Origin: Propionivibrio dicarboxylicus
Lineage (GTDB): Bacteria > Pseudomonadota > Gammaproteobacteria > Burkholderiales > Rhodocyclaceae
DNA: 64,000 bases
Assembly (NCBI GenBank): GCA_945902805.1
Contig: CAMDMZ010000016.1
Location: forward strand, 27,420 to 91,419
Reading direction: 5' to 3'
This document shows, piece by piece, positions 8,400 to 16,987 of the stretch. Within the stretch, counting starts at the first letter, position 1. The number at the start of each line of letters is the position of its first letter. Below the pieces are notes generated by a model. It did not search any database, was not told the DNA's origin, and saw nothing but the letters and a program-made list of their open reading frames with translations. A program made the translations under genes and the position numbers.

Positions 8400-8912
8400 C
8401 TAGCGCGGCGTGATCGCTTGCAAAATGCCCTGCATCAAGACCAGCGGTGTGGGCGGACAGCCGGGGATGCGAACGTCGACGGGGATGACGTTTTCCACCG
8501 CGCCGCAGGTGGCGTAGTTCGGGCCGAACAAGGCGCCGACCTCACCGCAACCGCAGCCGCAATCACCCACCGCTACGACCAACTTGGGGTCGGGCGTGCA
8601 GTCGTAGACGATCTTCAGCGCGTTTTCCATGTTTTTGGTTACCGGCCCGGTGACCAGCAACATGTCGGCATGGCGCGGGCTGGCGACAAACTTGATGCCA
8701 CGCCCTTCGAGGTTGTAGTAGGGATTATTGAGCGCATGAATCTCCAGCTCGCAGCCGTTGCACGAACCGGCGTCGACCTGGCGGATGGTCAGAGCGCGGC
8801 CAAGGATAGTGAGAATTTCACCATGGAGGCGTTGGGTTTCGGCGGCGGGTATTTCCGGTACCGATTCTGTCACGATGCCGGTCTTGAAGATGCGTCTGAG
8901 CAGCGGAATCAC
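8400..8912 (-). CDS. NuoB/HycG-type small subunit of the Hyf/Ehr-like complex
   Basis: 170 aa with retained 4Fe-4S ligand motifs GSCNGCELE, GDCGCGCG and IPGCPP. ATGA overlap with the large-subunit stop. Confidence 0.85.
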   Translation of the reverse strand: MIPLLRRIFKTGIVTESVPEIPAAETQRLHGEILTILGRALTIRQVDAGSCNGCELEIHALNNPYYNLEGRGIKFVASPRHADMLLVTGPVTKNMENALKIVYDCTPDPKLVVAVGDCGCGCGEVGALFGPNYATCGAVENVIPVDVRIPGCPPTPLVLMQGILQAITPR

Positions 8913-10468
8913 AGGTCGGCCCCGCTATAGGAAAGATTGAACGACTTGTTGATGAGCGGGAAGTCGGGAACGATGTCGTTCATCACCGCATGTTCCAGCG
9001 CCGGCCAGCATTGCCAGGAGGGGTCGTGCGGATGCACGCGCGCCAGCTTGCCAACGGCATCGAATTCCAGGCCGACCAGCACTTCGCCACGCCAGCCTTC
9101 AATGACACCAAGGCCGGCACCCCCAGCCACCGGCGTGATCGTCGTCAGAATTTCGCCGGCCGGCATGCCGACCGCCATGGCGCGCAACAAGCGCAAGGAC
9201 TCGAAGATTTCGTCGAAACGCACCGCCACACGCGCCGCCACGTCGCCGCGCTCATCGGTAACCGGCCGCACGCCCAGCGCGGCATAGGGCGGTGGCGGCG
9301 TGTAATCCTGACGATATACCCGGCCATCGAGAATCATGCCGGTGGCGCGGGCGGCCATGCCGGTGAGCGAGAGTTCGTGGGCAAGGTCGGTATTGATGAT
9401 GCCGGTGGTGAGGAAGCGGTCTTGCAGACCGGCGTGATTGTCGTAGATGGCGCGCAGTTCGCTGACCTCGCGTGCGAATAGTTCGCATTGCTCGACCATG
9501 CGCGCCAGCGCTTCCGGCGCCAAATCGTGGCTGACGCCACCGGGCACGATGCGATCCATCATGAAGCGGTGGCCGAACAGATCGGCATTCAGGCGCAACC
9601 AGTCTTCCTTTAGACGCATGAATTGCGTCAGACCAAAGGCAAACGCGGCATCGTTGCCGAGCGCGCCGAGGTCGCCGAGATGATTGGCGACGCGCTCGCG
9701 CTCCAGCATCACGGCACGCAGCATGAGCGCGCGTGGTGATGGTGTAGCGCCGCACGCCGCTTCGACGGCCGCCGCATACGCCCAGGCATAAGCACAAGTG
9801 GAATCGCCGGAAATCCGCCCGATCAATTTCGCACCGGTCAAAAAGTCGGTGCTGGCGAGACGGTGCTCAACGCCCTTGTGCTGGTAACCGAGGCGTTGTT
9901 CCAGGCGCAACACGCGTTCTCCAACCACCGAGAAGCGGAAATGTCCGGGCTCAATGATACCGGCGTGGATCGGGCCGACCGGAATCTCGTGCGCGCCCTC
10001 TCCGCCGACCTTAACGAAGTCGTAGTCAGTGGGGGCATTGGTAAAGTCGGCATGATCGCCCGCATCATGGCGCAGCGGAAACCAATCGGCCGGCCAGCCG
10101 CCGTGGCGCAGCCAGGGGCGCTGGTCGGGACCATCGTGCCGGATGTCGAGCAAATCGAACGTGGCGCGCTGCATTCGGTTCGCGGCCGGGAAGATTCCCG
10201 ACAGATCGGGACACGTCGGATTTTCGGCAGGCAGATCGAGGCGCAACCACTGCCAGCCCTCGGTCAGCGCAAATACGCAGTGCAGGCGGAATCCGCCAGC
10301 TCGCTCGCGCTCATCGCTACCCCAAAGAGCCGACAATCGTCCCTGATGGCGGTGGACGGAAATGGCGTAGCGCAGCAGGTCTTCGCCATCAACCGCGCGG
10401 CCGTGCCAAACCGGCGCGCCCACCCCGGGCTGGGGAGTGAATTCGATGGGTTCGGCGTGGAAGCGCAT
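8909..10468 (-). CDS. NuoC-NuoD/HycE-type large subunit homologue lacking the Ni-Fe cysteine ligands
   Basis: Start set at ATG 10468 (MRFHAEPIEF), 2 nt after the upstream stop; the 628-aa track ORF is an extension. Shows GPIHAGIIEPGHFRF and LGYQHKGVEH. Reads GRISGDST where R-x-C-G-x-C is expected, and SFNLSYSGADL* where D-P-C-x-x-C is expected. Confidence 0.85.
   Translation of the reverse strand: MRFHAEPIEFTPQPGVGAPVWHGRAVDGEDLLRYAISVHRHQGRLSALWGSDERERAGGFRLHCVFALTEGWQWLRLDLPAENPTCPDLSGIFPAANRMQRATFDLLDIRHDGPDQRPWLRHGGWPADWFPLRHDAGDHADFTNAPTDYDFVKVGGEGAHEIPVGPIHAGIIEPGHFRFSVVGERVLRLEQRLGYQHKGVEHRLASTDFLTGAKLIGRISGDSTCAYAWAYAAAVEAACGATPSPRALMLRAVMLERERVANHLGDLGALGNDAAFAFGLTQFMRLKEDWLRLNADLFGHRFMMDRIVPGGVSHDLAPEALARMVEQCELFAREVSELRAIYDNHAGLQDRFLTTGIINTDLAHELSLTGMAARATGMILDGRVYRQDYTPPPPYAALGVRPVTDERGDVAARVAVRFDEIFESLRLLRAMAVGMPAGEILTTITPVAGGAGLGVIEGWRGEVLVGLEFDAVGKLARVHPHDPSWQCWPALEHAVMNDIVPDFPLINKSFNLSYSGADL
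9840..9866 (-). repeat. dispersed repeat copy R3, inside the large-subunit CDS
   Basis: AAAAAGTCGGTGCTGGCGAGACGGTGC on the plus strand (2 mismatches). Read in the gene sense as H-R-L-A-S-T-D-F-L. Confidence 0.75.
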
Positions 10469-10470
10469 CG

Positions 10471-11928
10471 CTAGCCCAGCATGCGCGCGGCTTCCTGGAA
10501 CCAGCGCGTCAGGTAAGGGGGAATGTAGAGCCCGAGCATCAGCACAATGGCCAGATGCAGGAACACTGGCGTGATGGCGGGTGCATGAGGCAAGCGCTTT
10601 GCCTCCGTCTCGCCGAACACCATGGGTTGCACCTTGCCGAATATTGCCGCGAAGGCGACGCCAAGCGCCAACAGCAGGAACGGCGTGGCCCAGGGATGAT
10701 GTTTCATGGCATGCGTCAGGATCATGAACTCGCTGGCGAAAACGCCGAATGGCGGCATGCCGAGAATCGCCAGCGTGCCCAGCATCAGGCCCCAACCGAT
10801 CAAGGGATTGACGTGTATCAGGCCGCGGATATCGTCCATCATTTGGGTGCCGGTTTTCTGCGTGGCATGGCCGACCGCGAAGAAGATGGCCGACTTGGTC
10901 AGCGAGTGCATAGTCATGTGCAGCAGGCCAGCGAAGTTGGCCACCGCACCGCCCATGCCGAAAGCGAAAGTGATCAGGCCCATGTGCTCGATGGAGGAAT
11001 AGGCAAACATGCGCTTGACGTCGCGCTGTCGCGAAAGAAAGAAGGCCGCCAGCAGCAGAGTGAACAAACCGAAGCCCATCATCAGGTTGCCAGCAAAGGC
11101 GCCCTCGATGGCACCGTCAGCGAGCACCTTGCAGCGCAGGATGGCGTACAGGGCGACATTGAGCAACAAACCAGAAAGCACGGCAGAAACCGGCGTCGGC
11201 CCCTCGGCGTGGGCGTCGGGCAGCCAGTTGTGCAGCGGCGCCAGGCCGACCTTGGTGCCATAGCCGACGAACAGAAAAATGAACGCCAGCGCCATGATAT
11301 TCGGCTCAAGAAAGGCCTTGACGTTGACCAGGTGCGTCCACAGCAAGGCGTTACCACTTTCACCCAGAATGCGTTCGGCGGCGAAGTACAGCAGGATGGT
11401 GCCGAACAGCGCCTGAGCGATACCAACGCCACAGAGGATGAAGTATTTCCAGGCCGCTTCCAGGCTGGCTGGCGTGCGGTAGAGCGATACCAATAGTACG
11501 GTGGTGAGTGTCGCCGCCTCCATCGCCACCCACAGAATGCCCATGTTGTTGGTGGTGAGCGCCACCAGCATGGTGAACATGAAGAGCTGGTACATGCTCT
11601 TGTAGAGCCGCAGGCGTGGAATGGTAAGGCGGCCGTGCGCGGCCTCGTTCTTCATGTAGGGGCCGGAAAAGATGCTGGTGGTGAGGCCGACAAACGCAGT
11701 CAAGGCGACAAAGAACACGTTGAGTGAATCGATGAAAAACTGCTCGCCAAAGGCAAAACGCGGGCCATCGGTAATGATGCTGATGGTCAGCCACACGGCG
11801 GCAATAAAGGTGCCGCCACTGGCAATGATGTTGAGATGAGGCGCCCAGTCGCGTTCGCCAAACACTGTCAGCAAGGCACCGCTGACGAGGGGAATGGCGA
11901 GCAGGATAACGAAGATATCGAACGTCAT
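10471..11928 (-). CDS. HyfF/NuoN-like antiporter-type membrane subunit
   Basis: 485-aa polytopic protein of the proton-conducting NuoM/N/Mrp family (WLPDAHAEGPTPVSA). ATGA overlap with the upstream gene. Confidence 0.8.
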   Translation of the reverse strand: MTFDIFVILLAIPLVSGALLTVFGERDWAPHLNIIASGGTFIAAVWLTISIITDGPRFAFGEQFFIDSLNVFFVALTAFVGLTTSIFSGPYMKNEAAHGRLTIPRLRLYKSMYQLFMFTMLVALTTNNMGILWVAMEAATLTTVLLVSLYRTPASLEAAWKYFILCGVGIAQALFGTILLYFAAERILGESGNALLWTHLVNVKAFLEPNIMALAFIFLFVGYGTKVGLAPLHNWLPDAHAEGPTPVSAVLSGLLLNVALYAILRCKVLADGAIEGAFAGNLMMGFGLFTLLLAAFFLSRQRDVKRMFAYSSIEHMGLITFAFGMGGAVANFAGLLHMTMHSLTKSAIFFAVGHATQKTGTQMMDDIRGLIHVNPLIGWGLMLGTLAILGMPPFGVFASEFMILTHAMKHHPWATPFLLLALGVAFAAIFGKVQPMVFGETEAKRLPHAPAITPVFLHLAIVLMLGLYIPPYLTRWFQEAARMLG

Positions 11929-12596
11929 CAGTTGTCCTTGAGGCGTTCCATGTGGTGGATGTCCAGGCTGTCGAACTGGTCGCGAATCTGGAAGAAGAAC
12001 ACACCGAGAATGAGCGCGCCGACCAGAACGTCCAGTGCGATTCCGAGTTCAACGACCATCGGCATGCCGTAAGTGGCGCTGGTGGCGGCGAGGAACAGAC
12101 CATTTTCCATCGACAGGAAGCCCACCACCTGGGAAATCGCCTTACGCCGCGTAATCATCATCAGGAAGGCGAGCATCACCACGGCCAGCGCAATACCCAA
12201 TGTGCCGCGCGTGATGGTGTGCGAAAGCTGCGAGATCGGCAAGGCGACATTGAAAGCAATGATGACCAGGCCGATGCCCACCAGCATGGTGGTCGGAATA
12301 TTGATCAGTGCCTCGACCTCGCCCTTGATTTGCAGGCGATGCATCAGCCGGTTGAGGATCCACGGTAGTAACAAGGCCTTCAACAGGAGCGTTAGCCCGG
12401 CCGACCAGTACAGGTGCGATTGGCCGGTGGTCACCGCCACCACGAGCGTGGATAGAAACAGCATGAAACCTTGCAGGGCAAACAGGTTGATGAGTTGCAT
12501 CACACGCCGTTGCGCCAGCATGGCGAAGGTCAGCAGCAGAATCACAGATGCGCATAAGTTGATGAGTTGCGCAGTGAGCGGGATAGTGGCGCTCAT
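11928..12596 (-). CDS. HyfE-like small membrane subunit
   Basis: 222-aa hydrophobic protein in the HyfE position. ATGA overlaps at both ends. Confidence 0.7.
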   Translation of the reverse strand: MSATIPLTAQLINLCASVILLLTFAMLAQRRVMQLINLFALQGFMLFLSTLVVAVTTGQSHLYWSAGLTLLLKALLLPWILNRLMHRLQIKGEVEALINIPTTMLVGIGLVIIAFNVALPISQLSHTITRGTLGIALAVVMLAFLMMITRRKAISQVVGFLSMENGLFLAATSATYGMPMVVELGIALDVLVGALILGVFFFQIRDQFDSLDIHHMERLKDN

Positions 12597-13549
12597 GCTT
12601 TCACCTCAAGCAGCAATCTGACCAGCAAGCCGAGAACAGCGAGTAGGAACGCGGTGCCGAGATACTCCGGGGCGCGGAAAATGCGCAGCTTGGCATTGAC
12701 CGTTTCGAGCAGAGCCAACAGGAAGCCACCCACCAGCAGCTTCAACACCAGCAGCGGAATTGCTGCCACCAGCGCCATGAAATTGTCGCGTTCGGCGATG
12801 CCCCAGGGCAGAAACAGAGCTAGCCCAAGACAGGAGTACGCATAGAGCTTGAGGCAGGCCGCCCATTCAATCAGCGCGAGATGGCGCCCTGAATATTCGA
12901 GGATCATGGCCTCGTGGATCATTGTCAGCTCAAGATGGGTGGCGGGGTTATCCACGGGCACGCGGGCATTTTCGGCGAAGGCGACGAAGGTGAAGGCGAT
13001 TCCGGCGAAGGCGAGACTGGGATAAATGATGAAGTCACGATGCGCAAGCGTCTCGACGATGGTCGCCACCGAGGTCGATTGAGCGATCATCGCCACGGTA
13101 AAGATGACCATCAGCAGCGCCGGTTCGGCGAGGAAGCCGATCAGCATTTCACGCCTGCCGCCGAGAGTGCCGAACGAGGTGCCGATATCCATTGCCGCCA
13201 AGGAAATGAATACCCGCGCTAGACCGAAGACACCGACCAGCGCCAACGCGTCCGCCGCCGGCGCCAGCGGCAGGTCGGTCGACAAGGTGGGAATGATGGC
13301 GCAGGCCAGCACCATGCAGCCGAAGACGACGAAAGGTGCAAAGCGAAACAGCGGTGATGCCGTTTCAGCCAGCACCACATCTTTGTTGAAAAGCTTGCGC
13401 AGCATGAAGTATGGCTGCCACAAGGGCGGCGCGGAACGACTTTGCAGCCAGGCCCGACACATGCCCAGCCAGCCCAACAGCAGCGGCGCCAGTACCAGCG
13501 CCAGAGCAATGGCGAAAGCTTGGCCGATCAAACCGGAAATACTGATCAC
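12593..13549 (-). CDS. HyfC/HycD/NuoH-like membrane subunit
   Basis: Start set at GTG 13549 (VISISGLIGQAFAIALAL...), overlapping the upstream TGA (GTGA). The 604-aa track ORF is an extension into the upstream gene. Confidence 0.75.
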   Translation of the reverse strand: MISISGLIGQAFAIALALVLAPLLLGWLGMCRAWLQSRSAPPLWQPYFMLRKLFNKDVVLAETASPLFRFAPFVVFGCMVLACAIIPTLSTDLPLAPAADALALVGVFGLARVFISLAAMDIGTSFGTLGGRREMLIGFLAEPALLMVIFTVAMIAQSTSVATIVETLAHRDFIIYPSLAFAGIAFTFVAFAENARVPVDNPATHLELTMIHEAMILEYSGRHLALIEWAACLKLYAYSCLGLALFLPWGIAERDNFMALVAAIPLLVLKLLVGGFLLALLETVNAKLRIFRAPEYLGTAFLLAVLGLLVRLLLEVKA

Positions 13550-15564
13550 GGTCGCGCCACCAACAGCAAGAGCAGCAGCGTGATGAAGCTGTACATCAGA
13601 TAGACCGCAATGCGACCGCCCTGCAAGGTGGTGATGCGCATCGAAAGCCAGGCGGCCAGGCGCGCAATTGGCAGATAAAGCCAATGCCAGAAATGATCCT
13701 CGACTTGAACGCTGTAATACGGTTCGCGATCGCGGGCAGTCGGTAAGTGGCGCTGCATACGGAACATCGGCTCGAAGATGCGGCGTATCGGCTGGCTGAA
13801 ACCTTCGGCCGTATCCTGCGCGCGCGGCCCTTGAAAATGGTACCCGCAATCCCACGCCGCTGAGCGTCGCCCACGACCATGGTAAAGGTGATGGACCAGC
13901 CAGCGCCCGAGCCAAACCGAGAGGACGATGGTCACCAGAAAGATAACCGACTCGTAACTGGCTCGTTCCGGCGAGATCGGCGCCAGCATCCACCAACCGT
14001 GGTCGCGCACATGTTCGGACAGCCCAGCGCCCAACAGCTGGCGGGTGGCCGCATCGATGCGCAGGATGACGGTTGCCGGCATGATGCCGAGCAACACCGT
14101 GATCAGGGCCAGCCAGACCAGTCCGGCCTTTTCCCAAACCCCGGCATCGTGGGCGTCCTTGAGCGAATCTTCGCGCATCTGACCAAGAAAGATGATGCCG
14201 TAGAACTTGACCATGGCGAAGCCGGCCAGCGCCGCGACCAGCGCCACTACAGCGGCGGCGACGGGAACGACCATGTTGAGCCAGGCATGCGGCAAACCCG
14301 GCGAAAAGAGAAAGCTCTGCAGCAACAGCCATTCGGACACAAAGCCGGAAAGTGGTGGCAAACCGGCACTGGCGATTACGCCGACCAAGGCCAGCCAGGC
14401 CACCCAAGGCATACGGTGAATCAAACCACCGAGTTTGCCCAGGCTACGTTCCTTGGTGGCATGCAACACCGAACCCGTGCAAAGGAAGAGCAGGCTTTTG
14501 AATCCGGCGTGGGCAAGGCAATGGTAGAAGACGGCGGTCAAGGCCAGCGCAGCCAGAGCCTCCATGCGGTAACTATGGAAGATCAGCGCCAGGCCAATAC
14601 CGATCGCCAGCAAGCCGATGTTTTCGATGGACGAATAGGCGAGCAGACGCTTCATGTCGGATTGCACGGTGGAATACAGCACACCGAACAGCGCGGTCGC
14701 CAGCCCGATCGCCAGCGCCACCACGCCCCACCACCAAATGGGTGTGCCAACCAGATCGAAGCTAACGCGCAGCAAGCCATAAATGGCGGTCTTCAGCATC
14801 ACGCCGCTCATCAACGCAGACACGGGCGACGGTGCCGCCGGATGCGCTTCTGGCAGCCAGACATGCAGCGGCAATAAACCGGCCTTGGCACCAAATCCCA
14901 CCAGCGCCAGCAAATAGGCGGCCGAGGACCAGAAGGGCGAAAGCTGCTGCGCCCGCATACCGGCGAAACTGTAGTCGCCACTGCCCCCGGCACCCCCCGT
15001 CATCACACCAAACGACAGCAAGATCGCAATCGCGCCAATATGGGCGATCAGCAGGTACAAGAATCCGGCGCGACGGATGGTCTCGTGACGATGATCGGTC
15101 GTCACCAGAAAGAAAGAAGACAAAGCCATGGTTTCCCAGGCCACCATGAACGCGTAGGCATCATCGGCCAGCAACACCAGCAACATACTGGCGAGAAAGA
15201 TGTGATATTCGAAACACAACAGACCCGGCGCGGTGCCTTCGCCCTGCCGAAAATAACCAGCAGCAAAGATCGAAATGCCGGCCGAGACAAAACCTAGCAG
15301 CGTCACGAAGATGGCGGAAAGGTTGTCGAGCCGCAGATGGAAAGGCAGATCGGGCAGGCCAATAACCAACACCGCAGTCTGCGACGTGGCACCGAGCGAA
15401 GCAAGGCCGACGATGCCCGCCAACACGCTGACCAGGGCACCCAGCGGAAACAGTGTCTTGGCGATGAAGCGGGTTTTGCGCGGCGCCATAAGCCCGGCCA
15501 GACCGAGAATCGCCCAGACACAGGCGGCAATCAGCAGGGTATCGATAGCGAGCAATGATGGCAT
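13546..15564 (-). CDS. HyfB/NuoL-like antiporter-type membrane subunit
   Basis: 672-aa polytopic protein with NuoL/Mrp motifs (LPLHVWLPEAHPAAPSPVSALMSG). Confidence 0.85.
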   Translation of the reverse strand: MPSLLAIDTLLIAACVWAILGLAGLMAPRKTRFIAKTLFPLGALVSVLAGIVGLASLGATSQTAVLVIGLPDLPFHLRLDNLSAIFVTLLGFVSAGISIFAAGYFRQGEGTAPGLLCFEYHIFLASMLLVLLADDAYAFMVAWETMALSSFFLVTTDHRHETIRRAGFLYLLIAHIGAIAILLSFGVMTGGAGGSGDYSFAGMRAQQLSPFWSSAAYLLALVGFGAKAGLLPLHVWLPEAHPAAPSPVSALMSGVMLKTAIYGLLRVSFDLVGTPIWWWGVVALAIGLATALFGVLYSTVQSDMKRLLAYSSIENIGLLAIGIGLALIFHSYRMEALAALALTAVFYHCLAHAGFKSLLFLCTGSVLHATKERSLGKLGGLIHRMPWVAWLALVGVIASAGLPPLSGFVSEWLLLQSFLFSPGLPHAWLNMVVPVAAAVVALVAALAGFAMVKFYGIIFLGQMREDSLKDAHDAGVWEKAGLVWLALITVLLGIMPATVILRIDAATRQLLGAGLSEHVRDHGWWMLAPISPERASYESVIFLVTIVLSVWLGRWLVHHLYHGRGRRSAAWDCGYHFQGPRAQDTAEGFSQPIRRIFEPMFRMQRHLPTARDREPYYSVQVEDHFWHWLYLPIARLAAWLSMRITTLQGGRIAVYLMYSFITLLLLLLVARP

Positions 15565-15612
15565 GGGTATCGCGAAGTACCGGGGGATCGGGGATCGTCC
15601 CAGTGCAGGCGT

Positions 15613-16680
15613 TCAGGAACCGGTTTTGGTCTTCGCGTTGGCCTTGACGTTGACGCTGTTCGCCGCCACAGAAACCCTGTTGCGGCCCGATTCCTTCGAG
15701 CGATAGAGCGCACCATCGGCTCGTTCGATAAGCTGCGCCGTGGTTTCTCCCGGAACAAAGCCAGCAACACCAATTGATATGGTGAGTTGCGCCAGTTCCT
15801 GGTTATTGTCGGTGCGGCGAATGCGGCTGGTTTCGACACTTTGCCGAATTTTTTCGGCGACACAAAGTGCGCCCTGAATCGCGGTGTAGGGCAAAAGAAT
15901 GACGAACTCCTCGCCACCGTAGCGCGCCGCCGTATCAATACCTTTGACGTTCTTCTTGAGAATCTGCCCCAGCGCCCGGATCACCTTGTCGCCGAACATG
16001 TGACCGTAGCTGTCATTGATGCGTTTGAAGTGATCAATGTCCGCCATCAGCAAACAGGGGCCGATCGTATCCGGGGTCAGCGCAGCCAGACATTCGTTGA
16101 TGGCAAGGTCAAAGCCGCGCCGGTTCGACAATCCAGTCAGCGCATCCACCAACGCATCTTCCCTGGCGCGCTCGACCTCATGGCGTAAGCGTTCAATCTC
16201 GTTCTGGCTTTCGTCGAGACGCGTCTTCAGAGTGCTGATCGCGCCTTGCATGTCGCGCGTATTGCCCAGCACCTCATCCACGTGCAGGCACGCTTCATCC
16301 TTTAACTCGGGGTGTGCCAGGCCGCCAGACCATTTCTCCAGCGAGTCACCGAATCGATTGGCCTGATCGCCGGCCGTCGCGGCAGACTGCGAAATATCGG
16401 CCAGGATTTCCTGGAATCCGGCGCTGATCCGGGTTGCTGAATCCTCGTCGAGTTGAGCTACGTACTGCTGAAACAGTTGGTGGGTCTGTGCATCATCAAG
16501 GCGCGCATTATTCTGGGTCAGTGCGTCCATGGCCAACTTGAGTGGCTTGTTGATCCCGGCTACGTACTCGTACCAGATCGCAAAGCTGATCGGATGCACA
16601 CCGGCAGCTTGTCTGGTCATCAAGGGGAGTGCCAAACGGAAATATTCACCGCATTGCTCTCGGCTATGCTGATATTTCAT
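15613..16680 (-). CDS. cytoplasmic diguanylate cyclase (GGDEF)
   Basis: 355 aa: N-terminal sensory and coiled-coil region, GGDEF domain with RYGGEEF. Ends 48 nt upstream of the HyfB-like start on the same strand. Confidence 0.85.
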   Translation of the reverse strand: MKYQHSREQCGEYFRLALPLMTRQAAGVHPISFAIWYEYVAGINKPLKLAMDALTQNNARLDDAQTHQLFQQYVAQLDEDSATRISAGFQEILADISQSAATAGDQANRFGDSLEKWSGGLAHPELKDEACLHVDEVLGNTRDMQGAISTLKTRLDESQNEIERLRHEVERAREDALVDALTGLSNRRGFDLAINECLAALTPDTIGPCLLMADIDHFKRINDSYGHMFGDKVIRALGQILKKNVKGIDTAARYGGEEFVILLPYTAIQGALCVAEKIRQSVETSRIRRTDNNQELAQLTISIGVAGFVPGETTAQLIERADGALYRSKESGRNRVSVAANSVNVKANAKTKTGS

Positions 16681-16987
16681 GTCGAACCGTCACGTTAAGA
16701 CTTACACCGCAAATATAGGAACTAAATGGTCGCAATCACCACGTTGGAGTACGCGTTGATTTGAATCTCCGGGCGAAAAGCCACTCCGAAAATGCAACAG
16801 GATTTTGGATTGTAGCTGCCTTTGGAGACATTGCTACCGGACACTTTGTCGATTTCTGTGCACCGACGATGGCTTCTTGGCCCTGCGAAACAGCGTTTTA
16901 GTCGAAATGTAAGCAATCCGCGTGAAAGTCGTCAAAATTGGACCAACCAGTCGTCGCTGCGGCTGACCAACAACGCCAGGAGTGTTC

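Noticed and set aside
8909-10468. Calling the locus a functional formate hydrogenlyase or hydrogenase-4.
   Set aside because: All four Ni-Fe cysteine positions are Ser/Ser/Ser/Gly. No HycF-like ferredoxin, hyp genes, protease or fdhF are present.
8909-10795. N-terminal extensions of track ORFs: 8909-10795, 12593-14407, 25251-27344, 47720-50464, 50278-51615, 1368-2612, 2446-3543, 42677-43765, 43488-44579, 37542-39317.
   Set aside because: The extended parts overlap the upstream gene or an intergenic repeat and encode low-complexity sequence. Internal starts give canonical N-termini, SD sequences and ATGA/GTGA coupling.
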